A stretch of DNA of 64,000 nt, taken from assembly GCA_951406725.2 (NCBI GenBank), contig OX597833.1, forward strand, positions 25,792,001-25,856,000. Direction: 5' to 3'. Position numbers and translations under genes: made by a program. The notes below the pieces were generated by a model that saw only the letters and a program-made list of their open reading frames with translations, did no database searches and had not been told where the DNA came from. This document shows, in pieces, positions 43,648 through 58,709 of the stretch (its first letter is position 1; the number at the start of each line of letters is the position of its first letter). This DNA is from Octopus vulgaris (Eukaryota).

Positions 43648-44500
43648 CATGCTTCTTTTTGAATCTATCAACCTAAGTTTATGCATCTATGTATGTGAGT
43701 ATGTGTGTGTGTGTGTGTGTATGCATACACATAATATGTATAACAGCGTATAAAGATATATATAAATATATACATACACACACGCACACATTACGAAACA
43801 TATATAAAGCCTCTCAACAAAGCATTGAAGTCAGAACCAGATGCTAGAATGCAGTTGAAAAACATAAAACAAAGTGGAGGTGGCAGAAGTGATTCAAAAG
43901 AGATGTCTGAACACATTTAAGAAAAGTCTATAAAACTATAGCAACTAATGATGAAAGCATCTACGTCAAATCATGGGTGTAACGATATAAATGCTGACAA
44001 TGCTCTCCTGCCTCAGCTTTTCATTGGTGTTTCGAAAATCTGAAGTTAATTTATTAATTTCAGAATAATTAGTTGGATAGAATATGTTCAAAATACATTT
44101 TTGTTTGCTTTTCACTTTAATACAGCGAATAGAATATATCATACATGAGCCATTGGCAACTGGAAATGCTTTGCATTGCGAGCCGGCAGGATCGTTTGCA
44201 TGCCGGGAAAATGCTTACCGACATTTCGTCCGTCTTCTGAGTTCAAATTCCGTCGAGGCTGATTTTGTCTTTCATCCTCTCGGGCTCGATAAATTAAGTA
44301 CCAGTGAAACACTGGAGGTCGAAGTAATCGACTGGTCCTCTCCCCCACAATTCCTGGCGTCGTCCTTATAATAGAAAGGATTATATGTCCTGCACCTCCA
44401 TTTCCCCAAATATTAATAGAAAGGTAGCTTTAAATTCAGGGTTTCAGGATTCTTCACTTTCTCTTTCTGTCTCTGTTTCTTTCTCTCTCAAAGTATCTAC

Positions 44501-44531
<31 letters not shown>

Positions 44532-44549
44532 CGCGTGGGAGCGCGCCTG

Positions 44550-44700
44550 AATATGTCGCCACCACCACTACCGGAGCTTCGTGAAGCTTTTTTTTTAGGT
44601 GTTTTCGCTCAATAAACACACAACGCCTGGTCTGGGAATCGAAACCGCGATCCTCCGATCGCGAGTCCGCTACCCTAACCACTGGGTCATTGCGCCTCCA
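44550..44700 (-). mobile_element. tRNA-derived SINE head A (3'-truncated)
   Basis: Near-identical to 15080-15216. Confidence 0.82.
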
Positions 44701-45341
44701 CCCAATGATTCATAGTAGCCACAAAATGTTTACCATGCTATTACTACTACTACATCACTCGCCTGTCTTTTTCTGTAACTATATCCCTTCCTGCTACTCT
44801 AACGGGCAATGGCCTTCTGAATTACTATTCTGTGTAGATCCCTTTTTATTCGATTGACCAGTTTTGACATAGTACTATATGCGGGCACCAAAACGATCGC
44901 TCTTCAATATTTCCACCGCTGGCGTCATGCTAAAAGTTGTCGACATTAATACCACTTTAATTGAACAAGAAACGGGTCGTAATGGTGGTGGTAGGAGTTC
45001 TGCGAAGGACCATGATCATTCACTCTAGAAAATTATTCTGCTAGTACTTATTAAGTACTGGCCTTTTAATTATTTATTTATTTCGTTGATCACGTTTTGC
45101 TCTCTAGTGTCATCCAACCTCTGCAACTCATATTAGCAGAATTCACTAATTTCATGATCAGACATTTGCAAAAATTTATAAGCATATGTTTGTCTAGAAA
45201 GTCTAAAAGGCTCATCAAGAAACATTCAACATTTCACACCTTCTACTCATAAACAATCATCACGGCCTTCCACGGTGACAGTATGTTACGAATATGACAG
45301 AAATATGACAGTAAAACAAGCAACTGAATATATGTCATAAC

Positions 45342-45963
45342 GGTTCCAAATGTTGGCCCAACACAGCAGTTTTTGAAGGGATGGGGGAACTCGATTACAT
45401 TGATTCCAGTAACTTGACTGGAACGTATTTTATCGATACCAAAGGAAGAAAGTCAAATTCAACCTGGGTGAAATTTGAAATTAGAATATAAAGACGAACG
45501 AAAAGCATGTTTTGCATGGCATGCAAATGATTCTGCCAATTTGTTGCCTTGATGTAGATTAGTCATAATGATTTCAAATTTTGTTACAAGGCAAGCAATT
45601 TAAGGGGAGGGTGTAAGTCGACCCCAGTGATCAATTGGTGCTTATTTTATCAATCCGGAAAATATGAAAGGACAAGTCGACCTCGGCGGAATATGAACTT
45701 AGAATGTAAAGGCGGATGAAATACCGCTAACATTTTGCCCGTCGCGCTAATAATTCTGTCAAATCACTGTCTTAATATAGATTAGTGATAATCCTTGCTA
45801 TTATAGGCACAATGTCTGAAATTTGGGGGAGGACGATGGTCGATTACATCGACCGCAGTACTCAACTACTACTTAAATTATCGACCCCGAAAACGTAGCC
45901 ACGCGCGAAATACCGCTAAGCATTTCGTCCAGCGTGCTAACAAGTCTGCCAACTCGCCACCTT
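45342..45963 (-). mobile_element. Three head-to-tail SINE family C copies
   Basis: Copies at about 45342-45550, 45570-45775 and 45792-45963, each followed by tagattagt. Confidence 0.85.
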
Positions 45964-46246
45964 TATAGATTAGTAGTTATAACAAGAGTATAGGCATAAC
46001 CTAGTTCACTAGATCATCACCATCTTTAAAAACAAATCGTCTTAGTTTGAATCCAGTCAGAAACCATATAGATAATTCAAAATGAGGATAACCTATAACG
46101 ATAAAATATTGGGGGAAAAAAAGAGGAAACGTAGCGTAGATAGATATGATTATTGTGAATCCTATTTACTTATTTGCATGATACTAATGTGAAAACTTAT
46201 CACATTATTTACAGTATCTCTTCTCAGGCAATAGATTTTTGACCAC

Positions 46247-47345
46247 CGAGAATGGGCTGAAAAATTCATAGGCTGAATTTGGAGTGACAGTAGAGCTGTG
46301 AAATCTTCCACGTATTAATTTCAGCTTCTTTTATATATAACTGCATTATTTCATTTCAGGTAAACTAATATCTAGCTGTTCAAAGAAGACTTCAAATGTA
46401 ACTAGTGGGGTATTTGCTTCAAAATGGACAAAATTTGGCAATGTGATATCAAGTCCCGGCAGAAGACAGTTTAGCCACCCCCAGCCCGAGGAAACTTGTG
46501 TTGACTTGATTGCTACATTAGGAGATGACGTTCCAGCTTTATCAACAGTTCAAAAGTGGGCATCTGAATTTAGGAGGGGTGGGGGAGATTCTGTTCGGTT
46601 GTTTTGAAACTGCCATCACCGAGGTAAACATTGAATTGTGTTCACCACAGGGTGATGGATGACAAGTGAGGGACTATCAATTAAATAACAAATCAAATAG
46701 CTATTAGCATATTCCGCGAGAGAGTTGAAAATTTTCTGCGCGATGAACATGGCGTGACAAAGTTTTCTGCTCGGTGAGTGCCTCGTCTTCTAGCATCTGA
46801 TCAAAAGTGTCCCAGGCTGTTCACACCTCGTGAAAACCTGACAGATACAGCTAGTTTCCTTGAACGTTTCCTAACCCTAGTTACGTGTTAGGTTCATCAC
46901 AGGGACAAAGAGAAAATCCATGCAGCAGAAACATCCACCTCCTCACCTCTGCCAAAGTAGGCTATGGTGGTTTCATCTACAAGGATAAAGATCGCCTCAG
47001 ATTTTTAGAATGCAAAGACATAGTATTTATTGACTATCTTCAAAAGAGCCACACCATCAATGGAGAGTACTATGCCAACTTGCTGAGGAAGTTACCAAAG
47101 TCTATCAAGACCAAATACCAAGGAAAAACTGATGAAAGAAATTTTGTTTCATGAGGTTAATGCTCCAGTACAAAATTCTTGGTATCAAAGGCTGCTGTGT
47201 TCGATTGTAGCTTTCAACTGCTGGATCACACTCTCTATTCTCATTTGGCCACTTCGAAACTATCATTTGTTACCTAATATGAAAAGACACTTGACTGGAG
47301 ACATGTATCGCAGGTGATGATTATTTTTTTGCCAACAGGACGAAA
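46247..47345 (+). mobile_element. Decayed mariner (Tc1/mariner) transposon
   Basis: TLGDDVPALSTVQKWASEFRRG, IVFIDYLQKSHTINGEYYANLL, LFHEVNAP (HDNAP), degenerate YSPDLAPSDY; frameshifts. Confidence 0.88.
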
Positions 47346-47374
47346 GCTACATTATTTACATTATTTACAATTGA

Positions 47375-48595
47375 CAGATATTTATCCTCATCTTGTTTGT
47401 TGTTAACACAACGCTTCCGCTGATATACCCTCCAGCCTTCATCAGGTGTCTTGGGGAAATTTCGAATCTGGCTTCTCATTTTCTATGTTGTTGTTGTTAC
47501 TATTATTATTATTATTATTATTCAGGTCACTGCTTGGAATCGAACTCGGAATCTTAGGGTTAGTAGCTCGCGCTCTTAACCACTATGCCATATGTCCGTA
47601 GGTAATTATGGAGTGAATTTTAGGGCATATAAATATAATATTCTCCTATCCTTCCTTAATACCGGTTCCCACATGCTGTTCATATCTGCACTCGGTCTAC
47701 TTAGGAGGTTGTTGTGTCCTAGCATATGTGTTGCTTCTTTTATTTTCGTATTTCCATTGGTATTCTCTGTCTATTATTTTAACTTCATTCTGCAGGTGGA
47801 GGTTGTCTCCGTTTTTCCATACATGATCAGCTATACTTAATTTATGAATATCTCCCCGTGTCACAGTTTTGCGATGTTCGTCTATCCTTATATTGAGGGG
47901 GCGCCTTCTTTCATCTTTGTATAACCTACCATAGCTGCATGGGATGGAGTACACGTAGTTTTTGGTTATATTTTCTTCTATTGGTGGTTTTACTCGAAGG
48001 AGATGTTTGTGAAGTGTTGTATTACTCTTGAATACTGTCCTGGTCTCATATGGGCCGCATATCTTTTGTATCTTTTCGGAGAGGCCTTTCACATAGGGTA
48101 GTTAGACTGTGGATAGTTTATCGGTTTCATCCTCTCTTTTCTTCCTAATGGGAGTGGATACTATGTTTTGGGGGTAGTTGTTGCTTAATAGATTGTTACT
48201 GAGCTTGACCATTTCTTCACGGTGGCTATCACGATCGCTACTTATATTCATTGCTCGATGTTTCAGGCACTGAGCAATCCCTCTCTTTACACTGTATGGA
48301 TAGTGGGAGCTGAAGTTAAGGTATCGTCCAGTGAAGGTCGGCTTGCGGTATACGGATGTCCTGAATCAAAACTTGATGCGTGTTATTACTACGTCCAGAA
48401 ATGCCAGCTGATTGTATTTTCATCTTCCAGTGTGAACTGTATGGATGTCTTTATTGATTTCGCATGATCTAACAACACTTGGACATCTTCCTGGTGGGGC
48501 AGAGTATGAAGGTGTCATCAACGTAGCACAGCCATAGGGTTGATTTTATTGGTGTTGATCCTACAGCCTTATTCTCAAGGTATTCCATGTAAAGG
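47375..48595 (-). mobile_element. Penelope-like element (RT C-terminus plus GIY-YIG), decayed
   Basis: LWLCYVDDTFIL at about 48540-48500; PYVKGLSEKI..VFKSN.TL..VYSIPCS.GRLY..E..RPL..RI.EH; 3' hammerhead relic at 47406-47449. Confidence 0.92.
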
Positions 48596-48733
48596 ATAAA
48601 AGATATTCACCAATGGGTTCAAAGCACTGCATCACCGACGTGAGAGGTGTGTGGCCTGCAAGGGTGAATATAGTTAAAAAAAATAAACTTCAGTTGGTCA
48701 CATTCCATGAGAGCCTCTAACGATTTCATCCGT

Positions 48734-48834
<101 letters not shown>

Positions 48835-48858
48835 TATGCATATATTCTAAATTCTTAC

Positions 48859-48975
48859 CTTTTCAAATTCACAGAATTCTTCGTGTTTCCGAAGCTGCTC
48901 TAGATAGTTCATAGCATTCATGTAATTGAGGCAATAGACATGATAAACATCACCATCCTTGGAGTGGCAAGAAAA
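48859..48975 (-). CDS. PLEKHG7: PLEKHG7-like exon (DH), FSCHSKDGDVYHVYCLNYMNAMNYLEQLRKHEEFCEFEK
   Basis: ttctctttatatttatag|TTT ... AAG|gtaaga; 117 nt, phase 0-0; DH motif Y-x-x-Y-C-x-N-Y...F-x-x-F. Not in the ORF track. Confidence 0.93.
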
Positions 48976-49607
48976 CTATAAATATAAAGAGAAGAAGGCA
49001 ATGGGCATGAATAATTGATTATAAACGTACTGAGTGTCTGAACACAAATAAAAAATTATTATATAACACGTAACGTGATTGTCCCTGACATGTTAGCAAC
49101 ATAAGCCGAGTATTTAGTAGATATACTGTTACCTATGAATACAGATTGGCTAAGTTTTAAGATACAATTTCATGAGACTTAGCGTAAATTATTCCTTACT
49201 ACTAAGGTTTGATTAGCTGAGTAATTACGGTAGTATGTATGGTTTCCTAGTATGATTTATAACTGATGTATGAATTCGTATATTGATTTATTACTGCATC
49301 AATCACACCAATTGCGGAAGCTCGTAAACAACGCAAGCACTGTCCCATTGCCACTCCTTTCAACGACTTATTAGAACAGAATGTGTACGATATATATACA
49401 CACACACAGACACACAATCACAATCAAACACACACAAACACACACACACCACACACACGCACGCACACACACGTGGCTTCCCATACACATGTTTTCGGAT
49501 TCAGTCCCACTGCGTGGCAACTTGCGTAAGTGTTGTCAAGCATAACGTTGGGTCGATTAAAGCTTTGTGAGTGGGTTTGGTAGATGGAAACTGAAAGGAG
49601 CCTCTCG

Positions 49608-49661
<54 letters not shown>

Positions 49662-49989
49662 TATATATGTATATGTATATATTTAAGCGACCGTGTCTTT
49701 CTGCCTGTGTTACCCCCACTACCATCACTTGACAACCAACGTTAGTGTGCAATTGACTTAACCTTTCCCTCCAAATTTCAAACATGCCAGGCGAAATGCT
49801 TAGCGGCACTTCGCCCGTCTTTACGCCCTGAGTTCAAATGCCACCGAGGTCGACATTGCCTTTCATCCTTTCGAGATCGATAAATTAAGTACCAGTGATA
49901 CACTGGAGTAGATGTTATCAAGTAGACCTCTCCCATGAATTTCAGGTCTTGTGCCTGTAGCAAAAAGGATATTTTTCTCTTTATCATTT

Positions 49990-50600
49990 TCTCTTTATTA
50001 CAGGTTTTGTTGGAGCCCCTGGAGTCTTGCATACGTAGTGGGCTTACTACCTGCTGCCTGGGGTACCATACTATTCGTTCTTGCGAGTTATCTGAAACTT
50101 TCCTGATAATACTAGCTGTGCCAAGGAGGCAAACCTTTTGTTACAGTTCTATTGGGCACTGTATTCTCGTTTCCTTTATATTCCCCTTGATGCCTTCTGA
50201 TACTGTTCCCAAGGACCCAACAATAATTGGCACTGTCTTCACCTTCTTCATTTTCCTTATCCGGGCTACTTCGTACTTAAGAGGGTTTGCACCTTGTCCA
50301 CCACCACTAGCTCCGGTCTCTTATGCTCTAGCAGCTGATCTATTGCGATTGGGAAATCGCACAGGATCTTGCTAGTCTCCGACTCCGCAGCCTTGTGCAT
50401 TTGTGCTCGTCCCACGCCCTTCCTCTCTCTAGCCCCCACTTTTTACACAGTTTATAGTGTAGCACTTTCTCTACTTGGTCGTTTCGCTACAACCTGTAGT
50501 GGTTTGGGGCATGTCTAGGGCATTCGTTTGTAATATAGGCAATGGTTTCATCGACTCTATTGTAGATGTGGCACAGCGGAAACACATGCTAATTCATAAG
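49990..50600 (-). mobile_element. Dong/R4-clade 3' fragment (zinc knuckle and RLE)
   Basis: DETIAYITNEC..RNDQV.K.LHYKLCKKWG; KILCDFPI..D..LEHKRPELVVVDK; LKYEVARI..VPIIVGSLGTV..QKVCLLGTA.IIRKV. Confidence 0.88.
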
Positions 50601-50846
50601 GTTGACACTCCATTTCGCCCATCGCTACGTGCTGAGTTCAAATTCTGCCGAGGTCGACTTAGCCTTTCATCCTCTTGAGTTCGATAAAATAAGTAGCAGT
50701 TGTTCACTGGTTTCCACGTAATTGACTTTCACACCTACTTCGAAACTGCTAGCCTTGTGCTAAATTATTAATTCTATACATTCATTATAATGAATTAAGT
50801 ACTTTCCTCTGAAGTTCGTATAAAGAATTATACTTGCCCGCGTGAT

Positions 50847-50883
<37 letters not shown>

Positions 50884-50889
50884 ACGCAC

Positions 50890-51058
50890 ACATATCTTAC
50901 TGTTAATAATCACTAACAATATAATTATATACTCATATTTTGAGTTCAATGTTCCTATTACATTGCCAATCCTATACCCACACATACGCACATATATAAT
51001 ACACATCCTATTCATATATATTACACACAGTCACACACATACATATGTATATATACTG

Positions 51059-51096
<38 letters not shown>

Positions 51097-51315
51097 TACA
51101 TATGTCGACCAGTTTTCATGCGAGTTAAAGTTAACATGGGTTTCCTTGACGACAACGTAACCTGCATTTGACTAACGTATGTTTAGCCTGAAGAGTAGCT
51201 AACTGTGTATCCCTCGTTGAGTAATTACTATTTTCGAGGTTCCGCTAGCTAGGAAACTTATGTAACCTGAATTTTATCCATTCCATTTCCTAAACTTGGA
51301 TTTTTATTCGCATTT
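50890..51315 (+). repeat. Copy 1 of a duplicated segment containing a hammerhead-like motif (51188-51264)
   Basis: Unique sequence near-identical to 56655-57192; differs mainly in microsatellite lengths. Confidence 0.9.
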
Positions 51316-51496
51316 ACAATAAACTCGGTTACTAACCGTAAACTATAAAATAATTTATTTCAGCTTATCAAACTTCGGTATGGGAAAAATTCACAACCTT
51401 CTACGGCCTGCTGGAAGCTTACTAACCTCCTACACCTTGATCCTTGGATCTTATCATTACACACATACACACAAACAAACCAACACGCGCACACAC

Positions 51497-51553
<57 letters not shown>

Positions 51554-52813
51554 AACATATATATATATATATATATTATATCATGTAGTTATTCTTGAAC
51601 CGGTAGAGAAGCACTTGATCTGCTAAGTAAGTAAGTATAAGCTTATAATAAGAACCCACAAATCTTGTTAAATACAGTTATCCAGGGTTTGCTTGTGAAA
51701 ATAATAATTCATTACGTCTTTTATCATGCTGGGAACAAGTCCGTTTGTCAGTTGTCTTTTGAGCAGACAATTTTGAAAGAAGTGATGTTGGTAAAGAAGA
51801 AAACAAAAAGAAAAACAACACAATAGATTTAACCTATTCTACAATAATTCGATGCTAAGCATTTGCTATAATCGTTTCTGTTATAAGTAAAAGCCTAAAA
51901 TTTTCAAGTTGGAGGCTTGTCAAATTTATTCACTATAGTGCTAAATTGGTACTTATTTTATCAAATCTGAAAGGATGAAGGCGAAGTCGACCTCGTTTGA
52001 TATTTGATCTTAGAATGTAAAGTCGGATGAAATGCCGCTAAGCATTTTGTCAGGTGTGCTAACGATTCTGTCTGTTCGATTCCTTTCCACTTACTTCAAT
52101 AAAAACTATGTTTTGTATGTTTGTTGTTGTCATAAAAATTTCATATACTTTCGAAATGATAAAACGTGAAAGGATTCCTTTTTGGAATAGTATATCTCAC
52201 AGCACACGTGTTAAGTTATAAATAATAGCACGTAAATATTGAGTTGAAAAACCATTTTGGATAGAAAAATCGAAGACTATTGGTAGAACTAGAGCCTAAA
52301 ACATTTGTGAGCATGCGTGCGTGTGTTTCAGTGCATTCGACTTTGAGCGCATGGTTATATGTGTATATGTGTTTTGACTATCGTAGCTGATGAAAAAGGT
52401 TAACTTGTTTCTCAACACTTGGTGCACCCTATATGCTTGGTACACTCACTTTAATGATTTGTCTCACCTAGATCCCGTCAGGACCTCAGGACCTCAGGTA
52501 AATTACAAAACAAAACGTGCGCAAAATATCGATATCGCTACCAGACAGGAAGAAATCAATATCTCCACCAAAATAGCTAATAAGTAGCAAAGTTGAAATT
52601 ACTGCTTAATAACTTACCAAAATTGGTATTACTTACACCCACTTCTATTGTCTTGCCAATTTTTGTCTTCCCTATCGCTCTAACATATTCAGAGCGTGTA
52701 TGCGTGTGGGCACTCATATATATGTATTCCTCTAAAACACTTCAAGATGTTGCTCCTGCCTGGTCGTAGTCAAATGACAGAAACCAGTAAAAGAACATAT
52801 ATACATGCATACG

Positions 52814-52899
<86 letters not shown>

Positions 52900-53189
52900 T
52901 ATATGGTTAAATATGTTGTAAGAAGTTTGCTTCGCAACACATGATTCCAAGTTCGCTCCCACCGCCTGACATCTTAGGTAAGTGTCTTGTATTCTCGCAC
53001 TGCATCAAACACCGCCTTATCTGTTTGTATCCATGTGTGTCTTAATTTAGATCTCTCTATTTTGTATCTTATCTAAATGAACTATTACTTAACCATCCTC
53101 TCACACCATCTCCGATGAAGGTATATAATAAATGTCCTGGAAACCGTTATAAGACCTTCTATCTACAAATGTTCGAAAATCTACTCGGC

Positions 53190-53241
<52 letters not shown>

Positions 53242-53872
53242 ATTAGAAAAGCATAAATATGACGTATTTTATAGTCTACACGTAAAAGTAATTGGGAATT
53301 TAAACACACTCGCGTGCGCATACATGTGCGAACACAAACACATATACGCGCGCGCACGGGCACGCGCACACACACATGCACACACACACACAAATATATA
53401 TTTATATTCTCACATCATGTTCATAATTTAATCGTCCTCAACAGCGGCTGCATTGAAACAAACTCCATTAAATATATAGTACATATTTTGACACATAGTT
53501 AATGGATTTCTATTAATGATCATTCATTTAATTCAAATAAATTAATTATGCAGCATAATTATGAAATTGTACATTTAATGATATTCGTCTTAATGAAACT
53601 GACGTGCAACACATTGAAATAATTTACTAAATATGTTCCCTTAAATGCCATACGTCCATACATACATGCATAATACACATATACACACATACATACACAC
53701 ACATATATGTATACATGCACACACATATTATCTTTTACTTTTTAGTCAATAGACTGTGGCCATGTTGGGGCACCGCCATGAAGGGTTTTGTCGAGTGAAT
53801 CGCGCACACTCCACCCCAGTACTTAGTTCTTTTTTCTAAGTCTATTTATATATATATATATAATATATACAA

Positions 53873-53915
<43 letters not shown>

Positions 53916-54682
53916 CATACACATATTTAAATGGAGGTATGTTGGATTTTTGGTATGGCTGTTATTGTACGATAGTATAGTTTTATAAGACACCCATTTG
54001 ATATACATATATACATGCATACATACCTATATATATACATACCTATATATATATATATATATATATACTTATGTATATGAATGTATATGCATATACCTAT
54101 ATCTATATGTCTATCTGTCTGCTTGTGTGTCTCCCTATGTATGTATGCATCTACCTATCTATAAAATACACCGCTTGTTTTGAGATTGCTAGTGTTAACA
54201 ATACCCGCAAATATAATACAGACTGGCGTTGCAGTGCTCCATGTGAGCTATATTCCGCTTAACAATCTCAATGGAGGCAATGTAAGCGGAAACTAGAGGA
54301 ACATGATTAATAACCACACTCAAAATCAAATATATATGCATTTATTCTTCTACATTTATAAAACGGATATAAAAATTTCAAATATATAAATATAAAAATA
54401 CATATAAATAGATAAATATCGATGTGATACATAAAACACAGCGAAGCTTAGATTTAAAAGTTATAACACATTGCTGTAATAAAAATTTGAGATGATAAAA
54501 CATTCAAAGGACGTACTAAAATACAACGAAAATAATATATATATATATATGTATGTATGTATGCAAGTATATAGTGAATCCAAACAAACAAGAACAAACA
54601 AGAACAAACAAGAAAAAACAATAACGCGGGGACGTGGTACAAGTACTGTATTATCAGACGTTTAGGAAAGGAAAGAAAGAGG

Positions 54683-54717
54683 ATTTAACGTTTCGAGCAA
54701 AGCTCTTCTTCAGAAAT
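54683..54717 (-). ncRNA. Minimal Penelope-type hammerhead motif in a short TA-flanked element (about 54575-54790)
   Basis: Minus strand attt-CTGAAGA-A-gagctttgctc-GAAA-CGTT-aaat; palindromic AACGTT stem III. Confidence 0.65.
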
Positions 54718-54789
54718 AGAGGAAAGTTCAAAGGAAGGGAAGACGATGAAATAAAATCGACAACGATACACACGTGGCTCTCTCTCTCT

Positions 54790-54869
<80 letters not shown>

Positions 54870-54881
54870 GTATATATGTAG

Positions 54882-54962
<81 letters not shown>

Positions 54963-56654
54963 TACATATATGTACGTATGTATATATGTATGAGTGTGTA
55001 TGTGTGTGCGTGTGTGCACTGTAAGGTTAGAGGAGAGTAAGAGAGAGATCTCAATATAAATCAGTGTAAAGTATACAACTGAAATAAGCCCCTCAACCAC
55101 CGGTACCGAATTTCACGACCGGATGTTCAAACAAATAAAGTGTACGCATATAGTTAATCAAATGATTATATCAGAAGTTACAGGTGACATTTAAGAAGTT
55201 TGTAATTTGTAAAGGTAACCTTCGGCTCTCAAAAGTACACATGAAGCATTTACTGTCACGCGCAATAGAATGTAAATAGAATAATTTATTCCTAAGTTAA
55301 TAGCTTACTTTCTATCTTACTTTGCAATCAGCAGGGCGATGAATTGCAAAAATTGTACAAGTTGTCAATGAAAAGTGAAAAAACAAAGTAATGCAGATGC
55401 AATTAAGTTCGCAAGAAGTAATATGTAATGGAAAAAAGCAACAATGAATGTATAGAAGGAAGGATCTCATAAGAATTTAATTCACTTTTACCTATAGTGG
55501 TTTTCGAGTCTCCATGTGTCCTAGTTTTTACCATGACGATATGACTCGGTAAAAGACGTGACCAAAGAAGACGAATGGTGAAAACAAATCAATATACACA
55601 CGAACGGAGTTTATTATTTGTTTCGTCTGTCTCTGTTAATCGTGAAATGGGCTTCCAAAATTATAACAGAAACTTGTTAAGCTTTCTACTGAAAAGTACT
55701 GATGTTGAATTTAAGCACTTAGTTAGGCACTGAATATTCAGTATAATGATTTCTTTCGCTCTGAATAAATGGAGTGACCATGTGAATATGTGTGTGTTAT
55801 GCGTATAAGTGTGGCTTTGTTCGAGCTGTTGCGTGCTTGCTGAGCCGTAGCCATTGTTATTCCTGCTACATTTTAACTTAAACATATTTTTGAATTTCCA
55901 TCTAATATTTTCCAATTTATTTGATAAATTATATTCCTCTCTTTCAGTTGCCAGATGTAATTAGATTAGTCTGTGGTTTACTATTTTATGTTAGAAGTAA
56001 TCAGTGTTGTTAATATATCGCATGAACTCGCCGTTTATCATTCCTGTGTAGAGTTTACTGTTGACTGATCCGTTTGAATCTATAGAGGTAACTTCCATGT
56101 CGAACAATAGTGCCTCAATTTTTATTCAATTCCTTCGTGTATGCCACCTGCTTGTGTTCGTATCAATATTTGACGTGCTTTTATTGAACATTTTCCTTTA
56201 ACAGTCATGTCTACTAGAACCGGAAAGCTTGTAACTTTGTTAGTTTTTTGTGTTTAATGAGTTCGAGTGCGTGAAACATATATTATTGCTTTGTGTAATA
56301 GCTTTAAATAACATTTCGTATGTACTTTTAATAGCCTAGACCAATAAACAGCTGCAACTAACAAAGTAGAAATTTCAAATTTCTTAAAGATCTCATCTCT
56401 CTTAGAAAATTAAAACCCAACAAGTTCAATGAACAAGTGATATGTTCATTGTTTCAAATTTTGGCACAGCGCCAGCAATTTCGGGCGTGGGTGGAGAGTG
56501 GAAGTCAATTAAATCGAGCCCTGTGCTCAATTGGTACTTTTATCGAGTCTGAAGGAGGAAAAGTCGTTCTCGGCGGAATTTGAAATTACAGCATAAAGGT
56601 GCTACGAAATGCCGCTAAACATTTTGCACAGACACGCACACACACACACACACA

Positions 56655-56825
56655 TATATCTTATTGTTAATAATCACTAACAATATAATCATATACTCAT
56701 ATTTTGAGTTCAATTTTCCTATTACATTGCCAATCCTATACGCACACATACACACATATATAATATATATGCTATTCATATATATTACACACAGTCACCC
56801 ACAAACACACATACATATGTATATA

Positions 56826-56917
<92 letters not shown>

Positions 56918-57192
56918 TCAGATACACACACACACACACACACTCACACACACATACACACACATACACACACACACACGTACATATGTCAACCAAATTT
57001 CGTGCGAGTTAACATGGGTTCCCTTGATGACAATCTAACCTGCATGTAACTAACGTATGTGTCGCCTGAAGAGTAGCTAACTGTGTATCCCTCGTTCAGT
57101 AATTACTATTTTCGAGATCTGCTAGCTAGGAAACATATGTAACCTGAATTTCATCCATTCCATTTCCTAAACTTGGATTTTTATTCGCATTT
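56655..57192 (+). repeat. Copy 2 of the duplicated segment (hammerhead-like 57066-57141), interrupting a family C SINE
   Basis: The SINE at 56450-56627 breaks at cattttgc and resumes at about 57193-57228. Confidence 0.85.
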
Positions 57193-58120
57193 TCAGCCGC
57201 TAGTCATTTCTGCCAGTCCGCTGCCATTACAAGTGATGTATATTGGTTTCAAACTTTGGCACAGGGGCACTGATTTAGGACTTCAGTATTCAACTGATAC
57301 TTATTGTGTCGATCTCGAAGAAATGAAAAGCGAAGTCGACACCGGCGTCATTTGAACCCAGAGAGTAAAGGCGGACGAAATGCCGCTAAGAATTTTAATC
57401 GCCGCCTTAAACAAATAATATATATTAAGACGAAATTGTTCAAACAACTTGACAACATTAGTATAAGAATCTCTAAACTCGTATCTAATAAAAAAATCTT
57501 CAACAGAGCAGTTCATAATAATTTAGTCCATATACTTTAGCAAATAATGACTTCCAAGACAAAATATATGCTCGAAATAAGAGTAGATTCAGCAATAAAG
57601 TTGACATAAATTTATATAAGCCTTTCATTTCTAGTCATACCTTACTCCGTATTTCCATATTTTCCCTGTAAAATTCATAATCACATTTAAATATTGATGA
57701 CTTTTATTGATGCAGAGATTAGAGCTGAACTTAGACACCCAACAGGTGCAGATAAAGTCTTCTATTTTAGATGCTTCCTCCTTACGCCATTCTGTGAAGA
57801 TATTTACAAAATGTTATCTTCAAGTGACCAAAATATGTTCATCAATAATAACGCTAAGAAAGATATTATGTCACGATTTGGCGAAACTTTAAGCAGCATT
57901 ACATGCATCAGAGACGATATATCATACATGCACACTTATATACACGTGTGAATGTATATATGTGGGTGTGTACTACGTATGTGAGAAAATAGGTATGAAT
58001 TCACATGCACACGCACACACATACATCCACACATGCACACACGCGCACACACACTCATACACACACACATATAATCGATTTTTCTGTCTGTCCTTCCCTT
58101 CCATTCACATGCATTCATTC

Positions 58121-58160
<40 letters not shown>

Positions 58161-58174
58161 ATAGTTAGATGGAT

Positions 58175-58310
<136 letters not shown>

Positions 58311-58709
58311 CAGGCAAATAGAGAGATAGATTAAGAGAGATATATTGAGGTAGTGACAGAAAGAAATATTCATTGATATATAAATGAATAGATAAGAGAA
58401 ATAAGTAGGATGGGAGAGAATGATATATTTCTTTTCAAACTGGTAAGTTGCGTGAAATAATTACATATGACCTAGTACATATTAAAACTAATTTCAACGA
58501 TTTTAAGCAATTATTTTAACGCATACATGCACATATCTAAGAGATATTTCAGTGTCTCCTATGCAGTGTATTCATTTTATATCACAATTGGTGAACGACG
58601 GTAGATTAGCTATAGATATCCAATAGACAAATAATTAGTTCGGTATACATCATACGGTGACAGTGTCAAGGAAATGTCTATTATTCAAGGCATAACAAGT
58701 ATCGTACAC

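Noticed and set aside
45342-45982. Repeat-spacer pattern as a CRISPR-like array
   Set aside because: Eukaryotic context, and the spacers are homologous SINE copies; no cas genes.
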